Shown in pieces: positions 1 to 7,238 of a DNA stretch of 64,000 nt; positions within the stretch are counted from its first letter, which is position 1; every line of letters starts with the position of its first letter. Position numbers and translations under genes: made by a program. Origin of the DNA: Burkholderiaceae bacterium (GTDB lineage Bacteria; Patescibacteriota; Saccharimonadia; Saccharimonadales; AQU-01); NCBI GenBank assembly GCA_043788365.1, contig JAYVTZ010000005.1, forward strand, positions 13,249 to 77,248, read 5' to 3'. Under the pieces are notes generated by a model, which was given only the letters and a program-made list of their open reading frames with translations, ran no database searches and was not told the origin of the DNA.

Positions 1-902
1 GAGCACTCGAGATAGCCGCCGCCGGCTCGCATAACCTACTATTAAACGGACCGCCTGGCACCGGCAAAAGCATGCTAGCCAAGGCCCTACCCTCGATATT
101 ACCGGCCCTCAACCCTGAGGAAATGCTCGAGGTCACCCATATCCATAGTCTGTCAAACAAGCAATACGACACGATTATTAAAGATAGGCCTTTCCGCTCA
201 CCTCATCATAGCGCCAGCGACATCTCGATAATCGGTGGTGGTCAGTACCCACGCCCCGGTGAAATCAGCCTGGCACACAGGGGTATTTTATTTCTTGACG
301 AGTTGCCAGAGTTTGGTAGAGCGACAATTGAGGCCCTACGCCAACCGTTAGAAGATAAGGTCATAACTGTGTCGCGGGCGCGCGATAGCATTATCTTCCC
401 CGCCCACTTCATACTTGTGGCCACCGCCAACCCCTGTCCGTGCGGCTATTACGGGACATCTAAGGAATGTACTTGCATGCCTCATCAAATCACCAATTAC
501 CAACGTAAATTATCTGGGCCAATCATCGATCGAATTGACATGTATGTCGACGTTGATGAGATTGTCCACGCCAAACTACTAACTAGTGATGATCAGGAGT
601 CTAGTAGCGAAATTGCTAAACGAGTCGCCTCTGCCCGTGAACGTCAGGTCAAACGTTATAAGGCTACTACCAAAACCAACAGCGATATGACCAATCAAGA
701 TATCAAGAAAATTGGCTTACTATCACCCGAAGCCCTGGAACTGCTTAATCAAGCAGCTACGCGGTTGCAAATCTCGGCTCGGCATTATATGAAGTCAATA
801 AAAGTAGCCCGCACAATCGCCGACCTTGAGGGTTCCTCGCAGATTACTTCGGCTCATATGGCGGAGGCACTCCAATACCGTAAACGTACAGTCAGTTTTT
901 AG
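1..902 (+). CDS. comM: YifB/ComM-family Mg-chelatase-like AAA+ ATPase, C-terminal part (5' end outside window)
   Basis: The frame starting at nt 3 is open from the window edge and reads NGPPGTGKSMLAKA (Walker A) just upstream of the listed Met. ILFLDELPEF and a ChlI-like C-terminal region follow. Confidence 0.9.
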   Translation, partial: ALEIAAAGSHNLLLNGPPGTGKSMLAKALPSILPALNPEEMLEVTHIHSLSNKQYDTIIKDRPFRSPHHSASDISIIGGGQYPRPGEISLAHRGILFLDELPEFGRATIEALRQPLEDKVITVSRARDSIIFPAHFILVATANPCPCGYYGTSKECTCMPHQITNYQRKLSGPIIDRIDMYVDVDEIVHAKLLTSDDQESSSEIAKRVASARERQVKRYKATTKTNSDMTNQDIKKIGLLSPEALELLNQAATRLQISARHYMKSIKVARTIADLEGSSQITSAHMAEALQYRKRTVSF

Positions 903-963
903 TCCACCAGAGTGGACTGCACTTTGCCACTTTTGTCTCGGCAAAAGATGGCGCAAAAGCCGA

Positions 964-1121
964 GGGGCGGTGTCTGCTTCTTGATACAGTCTCTAGTCAA
1001 GCCTGACAACTGCCTGCGGAACTAGGCCCGCTCTATTACTTTGGGAGGGCGGGCCGTCAGACAATCCTCGGCTAATAGTTGTCAGTTTGACGAGACATGT
1101 ATCAGGAAGCAGCCAAGCCCC
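964..1121 (+). ncRNA. Candidate structured sRNA: 158-nt extended imperfect hairpin (identity unknown, 6S-like rod is one hypothesis)
   Basis: Hand-folded long-range pairings: 964-968/1117-1121, 974-981/1105-1112, 982-988/1098-1104, 989-993/1092-1096, 996-1000/1087-1091, 1003-1011/1077-1085, 1025-1031/1049-1055. An intrinsic terminator follows. The overlapping 60-aa ORF is unconvincing. Confidence 0.35.
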
Positions 1122-1137
1122 CTAAAAGACCATGGAT

Positions 1138-1165
1138 GCCCGCTGGGGGCGGGCAATTTATTAAA
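1138..1165 (+). terminator. Intrinsic terminator-like hairpin
   Basis: GCCCGC-TGGGG-GCGGGC stem-loop followed by AATTTATTAAATATT. Confidence 0.55.
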
Positions 1166-1206
1166 TATTCGTCATACCAATTTTTATAAAAATATCTACA
1201 TTAAAT

Positions 1207-1503
1207 CTATTTTTTATCTTTAGCTATTTTTAATGATACGAAAATATTTAGTGCAAATCCTAAACATAAAATAATAAAACTGGCAGTTATTAGAATGATG
1301 AAGTTATTATAATGTCTTTGTATTAACTCTATTAAACTTGTAATTGCTACAATTTTACTCAATACATCTACCATCCTATGAATCATAAGTGTTTTTTTCT
1401 TAATACCCACTGACTTTAGGAGCTTTTCTTCAAACTCCTTATCTAAAATGGGCCTAACATTACTATGTATTGAAGGTTCATTGTCCACATCTTTAGCTAA
1501 CAT
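1207..1503 (-). CDS. Hypothetical small protein with C-terminal transmembrane helix, in a very AT-rich islet
   Basis: 98-aa ORF with hydrophobic C-terminus (FIILITASFIILCLGFALNIFV). No recognisable family. Confidence 0.4.
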   Translation of the reverse strand: MLAKDVDNEPSIHSNVRPILDKEFEEKLLKSVGIKKKTLMIHRMVDVLSKIVAITSLIELIQRHYNNFIILITASFIILCLGFALNIFVSLKIAKDKK

Positions 1504-1676
1504 GATTCTTATTATAATAAATTAGTAGCAATAAATCATAACATTTAAATTAATATTGTATGTGCTTAGTGGGAGTTTTAATTGTTTTTAATAATATTTA
1601 TATTGCGCTAGAGTAAACTTAAACAAGTATAAAAATATCGAGGCGTCTTGTACTCTGTTAATATCTCTGTTATAAT

Positions 1677-2252
1677 GTGGCAAACCTAAATGATAGCAAG
1701 GAGAAGAATCTTATCGCTAAACCGACTCGTCTGAATCACTTAATTCAGGCGTCCCAGTTACGAGTTATCGACGAAGACGGCAAGTTAATTGGCGTTATGT
1801 CGAAAGGTGAAGCTTTGCGCGCGGCTGAAGAAGCCGGTCTGGACTTAGTGGAAATCTCCCCTGATGCCAGCCCACCAGTAGCGAAAATTGTCGATTGGGG
1901 CAAATTTAACTACCAACGCACCAAGCAACTCCAGAAGAACAAACGTAACGTTAAGGTAGTCGAGATTAAGCAGATGAGGTTTGGACTCAAGATCGGCGAG
2001 AACGATCTAGCCGTCAAGCTGCGTAAGGTTTCAAGCTTCTTAGAAGCTGGTCACAAGGTTAAAATCGGTGTTTGGTATAAGGGTCGTGAAATGGCTCACC
2101 AAGACTTGGGTTATAAACTTGCAGCCAAAGTGATCGAAATGTTTGGCGAATCAATCGTCGTCGAGCAAAATCCGTCACTCGCAGGGCGACAACTATCATT
2201 CGTAATAAGAGGTACTGGCAAGCCAATACCACCACTAAAGCAGGAGAAATAA
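1677..2252 (+). CDS. infC: Translation initiation factor IF-3
   Basis: Conserved IF-3 N- and C-domain sequence (LRVIDEDGKLIGV..., VKVVEIKQMRFGLKIGENDL...). The true start may be the in-frame ATC at 1713, preceded by AAGGAG at 1698-1703. Confidence 0.92.
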   Translation: MANLNDSKEKNLIAKPTRLNHLIQASQLRVIDEDGKLIGVMSKGEALRAAEEAGLDLVEISPDASPPVAKIVDWGKFNYQRTKQLQKNKRNVKVVEIKQMRFGLKIGENDLAVKLRKVSSFLEAGHKVKIGVWYKGREMAHQDLGYKLAAKVIEMFGESIVVEQNPSLAGRQLSFVIRGTGKPIPPLKQEK

Positions 2253-2447
2253 ATGCCAAAGCTTAAATCACACAGCGGCACCAAAGATCGCATCAAAGTT
2301 ACCAAGAACGGCAAAGTATTGCGCCGTCATTCAATGCGCAGTCACTTCCTGCAGAAGAAAAGTTCAGCACGCAAGCGTAAATTAGCTGGTACCGAACAGA
2401 TCGTTGGTAAGTTTGCCCGTAACATCAAGACAAGAATGGGAGTATAG
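2253..2447 (+). CDS. rpmI: 50S ribosomal protein L35
   Basis: MPKLKSHSGTKDRIKVT... is typical L35. It sits immediately after infC in the conserved infC-rpmI-rplT order. Confidence 0.95.
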   Translation: MPKLKSHSGTKDRIKVTKNGKVLRRHSMRSHFLQKKSSARKRKLAGTEQIVGKFARNIKTRMGV

Positions 2448-2792
2448 ATGAGAGTTAAAAGAGGCGTCACTAGTCACGCCAGACACCAGAAGATTCGCAA
2501 GGCAACCAAAGGCTTTACCCGTGGTAACCGTTCCAGCATCAAGCGCGGCCGACAAGCCGTTACTAAGGGTTTGCAACACGCTTACCGTGACCGTCGTAAC
2601 CGCAAACGCACCATGCGCCAAGTGTGGAATGCACGTATTAACGCCGCCGCTCGTCTAAACAACACTACTTACAGTCGTCTTATCGCCGCCCTAAAAGCTG
2701 CAAGCATTAATCTTGATCGTAAGATCCTAGCCGAACTATCTGTCAACGAGCCAAAGGCTTTTGAAGCTGTAGTCAAAGCTTCAGAGAAATAA
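2448..2792 (+). CDS. rplT: 50S ribosomal protein L20
   Basis: MRVKRGVTSHARHQKIRK... is typical L20. The start abuts the rpmI stop. Confidence 0.95.
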   Translation: MRVKRGVTSHARHQKIRKATKGFTRGNRSSIKRGRQAVTKGLQHAYRDRRNRKRTMRQVWNARINAAARLNNTTYSRLIAALKAASINLDRKILAELSVNEPKAFEAVVKASEK

Positions 2793-2794
2793 AT

Positions 2795-3031
2795 ATGACT
2801 AATGTTCCATCGGCCGAAGCTAGTCAGCCCAGTATTGAGCCCCCTAAAGAAGTGGTGACCGACTCAACAAGCCTTATGTTTGCCAGAGGATGGCTACGTT
2901 CTGCTGTCGAGCAAGGTGCAGTAACTGATCCTATGTTTAGAGGTCCGGAGACTAGTCCCTCAACTGATACCCAACAAGTCCGCCCCAACATCAGTTATTT
3001 AGCCCAGCGCTTCGGTGGCCTAACAAAATAA
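2795..3031 (+). CDS. Hypothetical small protein
   Basis: 78-aa ORF starting 3 nt after the rplT stop. No recognisable domain. Confidence 0.35.
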   Translation: MTNVPSAEASQPSIEPPKEVVTDSTSLMFARGWLRSAVEQGAVTDPMFRGPETSPSTDTQQVRPNISYLAQRFGGLTK

Positions 3032-3091
3032 AAACAGCTCTGCACCAGAGGCAAATTGGATATTTTATATTGTTTATGCTATAATACTTCG

Positions 3092-3620
3092 GTCAGATTA
3101 TTGACTGGTCGCGTCATTCGAAAGAATGCCGAGGAAAGTCCGGGCAACACAGGGATATACTGTCGCTAACGGCGACCGGGGGTAACCCCAGGGAAAGTGC
3201 CACAGAAACGAAACCGCCTAAGCAGCCTTAGGGCTGACGGTAAGGATGAAACGAGTGAGGTAAGAGCTCACAGCATCTCATGGTGACATGAGACGAAGGT
3301 AAACCCAGTACGTTGCAAGGAGATATGTCTCAAGGCGCTCCTTTTGGCTCAAGTTATTGGCTAGATGGTTGCTGATGAGTATTCACAGATTGGTTGGACA
3401 CGCCGCAGGCGTACCAAATTGGTACATCGAGGACGTGAACGAGCAAGCTGGGGATGCTCATCGGTGACCAGACCCATTAAGTTGAGCGGAAAGGAGCGCC
3501 ACAGGCGTCCCGCCGAGGCAATTCACAAAACCCGCTTGAGCCTAAGGGCAACTTTAGGCCTAGATAGATGATCAGTACTCATGTAAATGAGGACAGAACC
3601 CGGCTTACAGATAGTCTGAC
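3092..3620 (+). ncRNA. rnpB: RNase P RNA (bacterial type A-like, enlarged)
   Basis: Universal motifs GAGGAAAGTCCGGGC (3131-3145 region) and ACAGAACCCGGCTTA (3593-3607 region). GCTTGAGCC...CCTAGATAGATGA resembles the E. coli P15-P18 region. Terminal P1 pairing is GTCAGATTAT/ATAGTCTGAC. Confidence 0.85.
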
Positions 3621-3628
3621 AAAATATA

Positions 3629-3661
3629 TAAAAGCACCATCCCTAAAAGATGGTGCTTTTC
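3629..3661. terminator. Bidirectional intrinsic terminator between rnpB and the convergent CDS
   Basis: AGCACCATC (3633-3641) pairs with GATGGTGCT (3649-3657). Flanked by an A-run and a T-run. Confidence 0.7.
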
Positions 3662-4378
3662 TTATTCTTGTACAGCTTTGAGATCAGTATCATTCAAAAT
3701 ATCATTAACCATGCGGTCCGCTAAGCCGTTTAACTCTCTCGGCACATGTGTAAATGTGACTTTTTTAAAGCTTTTAACCTGTTCGACGATTGCCTGGTGT
3801 ATAGGCCATAAATCACGGTTTTTAATCTTAAAAATGCCCTTCATCTGATTGATCACTAATAGACTGTCTAGATGAACGTGAATTTCCCTAGCACCCCTTC
3901 TATGAGCCTCATCTAGTCCAAGCTTAAGCGCTTGGTATTCGGCCTGATTATTAGTGGTAACTCCGAGGTACAACCCATTTTTATAAATAACTTCGTCATT
4001 CATATCTAGTAGCACGAAACCACTGGCAGAGGGTCCAGGATTACCGCGCGAACCACCATCTGCGAACAATTTTATCTCTTTATTCTTACCAACTTCAGTT
4101 GGTACTAATGTTGTCTTTTGCTCAACGAATTTGGTCTGAATCAATCTGTTATAAGCTTGGTCAATTGTCTCAGCCAGGTGCCTGTCTTTGTTAGTTACGA
4201 CGTTGCCGGCCTCGTGTGTAGATAGCCAAATGCCAACTTTATTCCACTCATTTTGCCACTTCGGGTGGTGTTGCTGCTCCTCCGCTAACTCAGCCACAGC
4301 CTCCATAAACTTGAAGGCTTCGCGAAAGTTTTTGAAACTAAATTCTTTATATAGTTCGTTTTTATCTTCTTGCCACAT
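3662..4378 (-). CDS. Fusion protein: pterin-4a-carbinolamine dehydratase (PCD/DCoH)-like N-domain plus RNase HI-like C-domain
   Basis: N-terminus FKNFREAFKFMEAVAELAEEQQHHPKWQNEWNKVGIWLSTHEAG matches the PCD pattern. The C-terminus has RNase H DEDD-type motifs (FADGGSRGNPG, NNQAEYQAL, HLDSLLV, NGLADRMVND). Confidence 0.8.
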   Translation of the reverse strand: MWQEDKNELYKEFSFKNFREAFKFMEAVAELAEEQQHHPKWQNEWNKVGIWLSTHEAGNVVTNKDRHLAETIDQAYNRLIQTKFVEQKTTLVPTEVGKNKEIKLFADGGSRGNPGPSASGFVLLDMNDEVIYKNGLYLGVTTNNQAEYQALKLGLDEAHRRGAREIHVHLDSLLVINQMKGIFKIKNRDLWPIHQAIVEQVKSFKKVTFTHVPRELNGLADRMVNDILNDTDLKAVQE

Positions 4379-4410
4379 GGTGCTATCTTAGCAGATAGCA
4401 GTATATAGTT

Positions 4411-4453
4411 GCTAGTTTCTAGTAGCTCGTATAGCCCAAAACTAGGATACGAG
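4411..4453 (+). promoter_or_regulatory. Candidate structured leader upstream of queA (preQ1-I-like sequence features, unconfirmed)
   Basis: GCUAGUUUCUAG...AGCCCAAAACUAGG resembles the GGUUCUAG...CCC...AAAAAACUAAGG pattern of preQ1-I aptamers. Interleaved 7-nt complementarities at 4412-4418/4439-4445 and 4426-4432/4447-4453. Confidence 0.25.
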
Positions 4454-4479
4454 TATTAGTACTGGTAGAATATAACCTG

Positions 4480-5502
4480 ATGAAAATTAGTGACTACACC
4501 TACGAACTACCCGAAGAGCTAATTGCTCTAACGCCACCCGAAATCCGCGGCACTAGTCGCTTGCTGGTTCTTAATAAGTCATCAGGAGTCATGGAGCACA
4601 AGCATTACTATGACTTACATGAGTATATTGAGCCTGGCGACGTGGTGGTAATTAACGATACTAAGGTTATAAAAGCTAGACTTTTAGCCAAGAATAACAA
4701 GGGTCAGGACCGTGAACTATTGCTACTCGAGGAGCACGCCGGTAGCGACCCATATATCCGCAGAGCAATGTACCGCGGCACAATCAAAGTCAGTGAAGTA
4801 CTTACCGTCGGCGAGGCTAAGATATTAGTTGAAGAAGTTCTAGATGGTGGAATTACCAAGATCAGCAGTAAAACCAATCTGTTAGAGTTGGCTGAATTGG
4901 TCGGTAAAGTTCCCTTGCCACCCTACATGCACCGTGACGCTACCAAGGCCGACATCGAACGCTATCAAACTGTCTTTGCTCATCAACCCGGTTCGGTGGC
5001 AGCACCAACTGCTTCACTAAACTTTACCCACGAGCTCGAAAAAAAGATTTTAGCTCGCGGCGGCAAAATAGTTTATCTAACTCTGCATGTCGGTCTGGGC
5101 ACATTTTTACCAATTCGGGCTGACAATATCGAAGATCATGTCATGCATAGTGAGTATTTTGAAATCCCGAATGAGACACTCACGGCCATTCGCGAAGCCA
5201 AAAATTCGGGTCGCAAAATATTAGCCGTCGGCACAACAGTCGCCCGCACACTCGAATTTGCTGCTGATAAAATTTTGGATGATGCAGGAGACCTAAGTGG
5301 CGAGGCAAACATCTTTATTTACCCGGGCTACAAGTTCAAATTGGTAAATACCCTGCTGACCAACTTCCACGCTCCAAAATCGACAGTACTGATGTTGACC
5401 GCTGGGTTCGCAGGCTGGGACAACTTAAATCACGCCTACCATGAAGCAATCAAACAAAAATATGCCTTCCTGTCCTACGGCGACTCAATGCTAATAATCT
5501 AA
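4480..5502 (+). CDS. queA: S-adenosylmethionine:tRNA ribosyltransferase-isomerase
   Basis: Full-length QueA-like sequence (MKISDYTYELPEELIA..., VGTTVARTLE, FLSYGDSMLI). Confidence 0.95.
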   Translation: MKISDYTYELPEELIALTPPEIRGTSRLLVLNKSSGVMEHKHYYDLHEYIEPGDVVVINDTKVIKARLLAKNNKGQDRELLLLEEHAGSDPYIRRAMYRGTIKVSEVLTVGEAKILVEEVLDGGITKISSKTNLLELAELVGKVPLPPYMHRDATKADIERYQTVFAHQPGSVAAPTASLNFTHELEKKILARGGKIVYLTLHVGLGTFLPIRADNIEDHVMHSEYFEIPNETLTAIREAKNSGRKILAVGTTVARTLEFAADKILDDAGDLSGEANIFIYPGYKFKLVNTLLTNFHAPKSTVLMLTAGFAGWDNLNHAYHEAIKQKYAFLSYGDSMLII

Positions 5503-5510
5503 AGCCTCCT

Positions 5511-5547
5511 TTGCAAGGAGTCTCCTTGTTGCAAGGACTCTCCCTGC
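5511..5547 (+). repeat. Copy 1 of a conserved dual semi-palindrome element (two GCAAGGnnTCTCCyTG units, 18-bp spacing)
   Basis: TTGCAAGGAGTCTCCTTGTTGCAAGGACTCTCCCTGC. Near-identical architecture at 14115-14149 and 42580-42615. Confidence 0.65.
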
Positions 5548-5689
5548 AAAACTATGCTTTATGCCGATAAACACGCTTGCCTACCATTTATAATGTCGAT
5601 AAGTTAAAATACGGAGGTTATCTCCTGAGGTATCGGGAAGAGAGCCAGACAAAATGTATTCCATTTTGCCTGCGCGTTGAGAAAACCCG

Positions 5690-6043
5690 AAGGGGTGTCT
5701 CAAAGCCTAACAGGGTGTAGCTTAGTTGGTAAAGCGCTGGGCTGGGGTGAGAATTGCCTGGTGGCAGTTCGCAAGGAAATCTTCCGGTGCCAACTAGTTG
5801 GCACCAGTGAAGTTTCGGGGTCGCGGAACGTGACCCAGAGATCGGAAGTTAGCCAGGCGCGCAAGCCCTGGCGCTGTCTTCTCACCCTGACCAGGATTGA
5901 ATGTAAAAGTCCTTCCACAAACTAGGCCTTCTAGCTTTTACGCAGTTTGGGCGCTCTTCCGAGCATCGAAACGGAAGCGTACTCCTCGTACGCTGAGTAT
6001 CGAAGCACAGGAAAACACCCAAAATGTGCAAAGCTAGCAGGCC
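5690..6043 (+). ncRNA. Unassigned highly structured non-coding region (two domains); strand tentative
   Basis: Domain 1: tRNA-like 5' end (CAGGGTG-TA-GCTT-AGTTGGTA-AAGC, 5711-5735). Its 7-nt start is complementary to CACCCTG at 5883-5889, which is followed by ACCA. GGTGAGAA/TTCTCACC helix at 5746-5753/5879-5886. Perfect 20-nt palindrome at 5786-5805. Domain 2: long stem 5925-5953/6016-6043 enclosing two hairpins. No credible ORF. Confidence 0.4.
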
Positions 6044-6082
6044 AAAGAAAAAGCTTCAAGAAAACTTGAAGCTTTTAGTTTA
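6044..6082. terminator. Bidirectional intrinsic terminator
   Basis: AAGCTTCAAG-AAAA-CTTGAAGCTT perfect 10-bp stem, flanked by an A-run and a T-run. Confidence 0.7.
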
Positions 6083-6283
6083 GCCAGGAGGCCAACTTGA
6101 TTAACCCTTGTTATCAAGGTGGGTATCCGCACGTACCAACCACGGTTAGTACAAATATTAGATTCCCGTCAAATGAATATTGAGTAAATCATTTGATTGG
6201 CTGAAGGTTTAACCCTTCGTATCCCAGCCTACTCAATTATACCCCAAACTGCAAGCAATAATATAGTAATAATTATGAATAAA

Positions 6284-6934
6284 TTAGCCAAGTAACAGAT
6301 TGATAACGCTATTGTCGATTCTGACAATTACTTCACCTAATCCCGTCGACATAAATATAAACATGAAGATGATGATAATCATAAACCCGCTAGACTCTAG
6401 TCCATACATGACTCGTTGCAATGGTTCTGGCGCAAAAGCATAAAGTAGCCTCGAGCCGTCAAGTGGCGGAAATGGGATCATGTTAAAGACTGCTAAAGAA
6501 ACGTTCAAAACTACCACCATCAATAACACCTGGCCCGTTACTCCAGTAGCTAAGATTGACCAGAACCGTAGGAGTAGTGATGCGACAATCGCCAGGCTGA
6601 TATTTGTCAAAGGCCCAGCCACGCCAATAATTGCTACACCAAACTCATCATATTTGACACGGGAAGAGTTAAAAGGTACTGGTTTGGCGATAAAAAACGG
6701 TGGTAAGTGCGATAAGATAAGTACTATTGGCAAAATGATTGAAGTATAAAGATCGAGGTGTTTTAAGGGATTGAGCGTCAGTCTACCCTGTTCCTTGGCG
6801 GTAGAATCGCCCAGCCAATGAGCCGCAAAACCGTGCATCGCCTCATGTAGCCCTACTGAGAACAATAGCACTGGGATAAAAATTACGATATTTACTGAGT
6901 CAAAGAATCCATTCATACCCAAATAGTATAACAT
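6284..6934 (-). CDS. Site-2 protease family (peptidase M50) membrane metalloprotease
   Basis: HEAMHGFAAH (HExxH) in a polytopic membrane protein. A later PPLDGS motif is typical of M50. Confidence 0.85.
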   Translation of the reverse strand: MLYYLGMNGFFDSVNIVIFIPVLLFSVGLHEAMHGFAAHWLGDSTAKEQGRLTLNPLKHLDLYTSIILPIVLILSHLPPFFIAKPVPFNSSRVKYDEFGVAIIGVAGPLTNISLAIVASLLLRFWSILATGVTGQVLLMVVVLNVSLAVFNMIPFPPLDGSRLLYAFAPEPLQRVMYGLESSGFMIIIIFMFIFMSTGLGEVIVRIDNSVINLLLG

Positions 6935-6984
6935 CTTAGGACCAGGGTTGACCTACCGAGGCTTTTCCTGTAGAATAACACCTT

Positions 6985-7212
6985 ATGCAAGTATGTGATA
7001 TTACCGGTAAGGGCAAGCAATACGGCAACAACGTAAGCTTCTCTCAGAGACACACTAAGAAGGTATGGAAGCCAAACCTCCAGACCAAGACTGTTGTTAT
7101 TGATGGCAAAAAAGTTCGTTTGAAGGTCAGCACCCAGGGTATCCGTATCCTTAAAAAGCGTGGCCTACTTGTTAACCCTCACGCCAGCGTTAAAGCTGTA
7201 GCTGCTGAGTAG
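6985..7212 (+). CDS. rpmB: 50S ribosomal protein L28
   Basis: CDITGKGKQYGNNVSFSQRHTKKVWKPNLQ is typical L28. Confidence 0.95.
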   Translation: MQVCDITGKGKQYGNNVSFSQRHTKKVWKPNLQTKTVVIDGKKVRLKVSTQGIRILKKRGLLVNPHASVKAVAAE

Positions 7213-7238
7213 ACCGTAGACAATAGACCGTAGACAAG
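7210..7238. repeat. Left arm of heptad-array inverted repeat flanking the four-helix-bundle gene
   Basis: TAGACC GTAGACA ATAGACC GTAGACA AG. Matches the reverse complement of 7616-7645 at about 25 of 29 positions. Confidence 0.8.

Noticed and set aside
3365-3571. 68-aa ORF
   Set aside because: It lies entirely within the RNase P RNA gene.
5820-5870. GGAA-capped hairpin as SRP RNA domain IV
   Set aside because: The layout (CCC-AGAG-AUC GGAA GUU-AGCC-AGG) is superficially similar to the 4.5S consensus (AGG...GGAA...AGCA). However, the near-invariant AGCA reads AGCC and the flanking helices do not extend as expected. I left it as unassigned rather than calling it ffs.
5711-5893. tRNA-Pro gene interrupted by a group I intron
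   Set aside because: The 5' half and the acceptor/ACCA fit. However, there is no T-arm, the insert (~130 nt) is too short for a group I intron, and the 3' anticodon-stem strand is not in a usable position.
5677-5925. 82-aa plus and 72-aa minus ORFs
   Set aside because: They lie within densely base-paired non-coding sequence. They have no SD and their sequence is Arg/Ser/Cys-rich junk.
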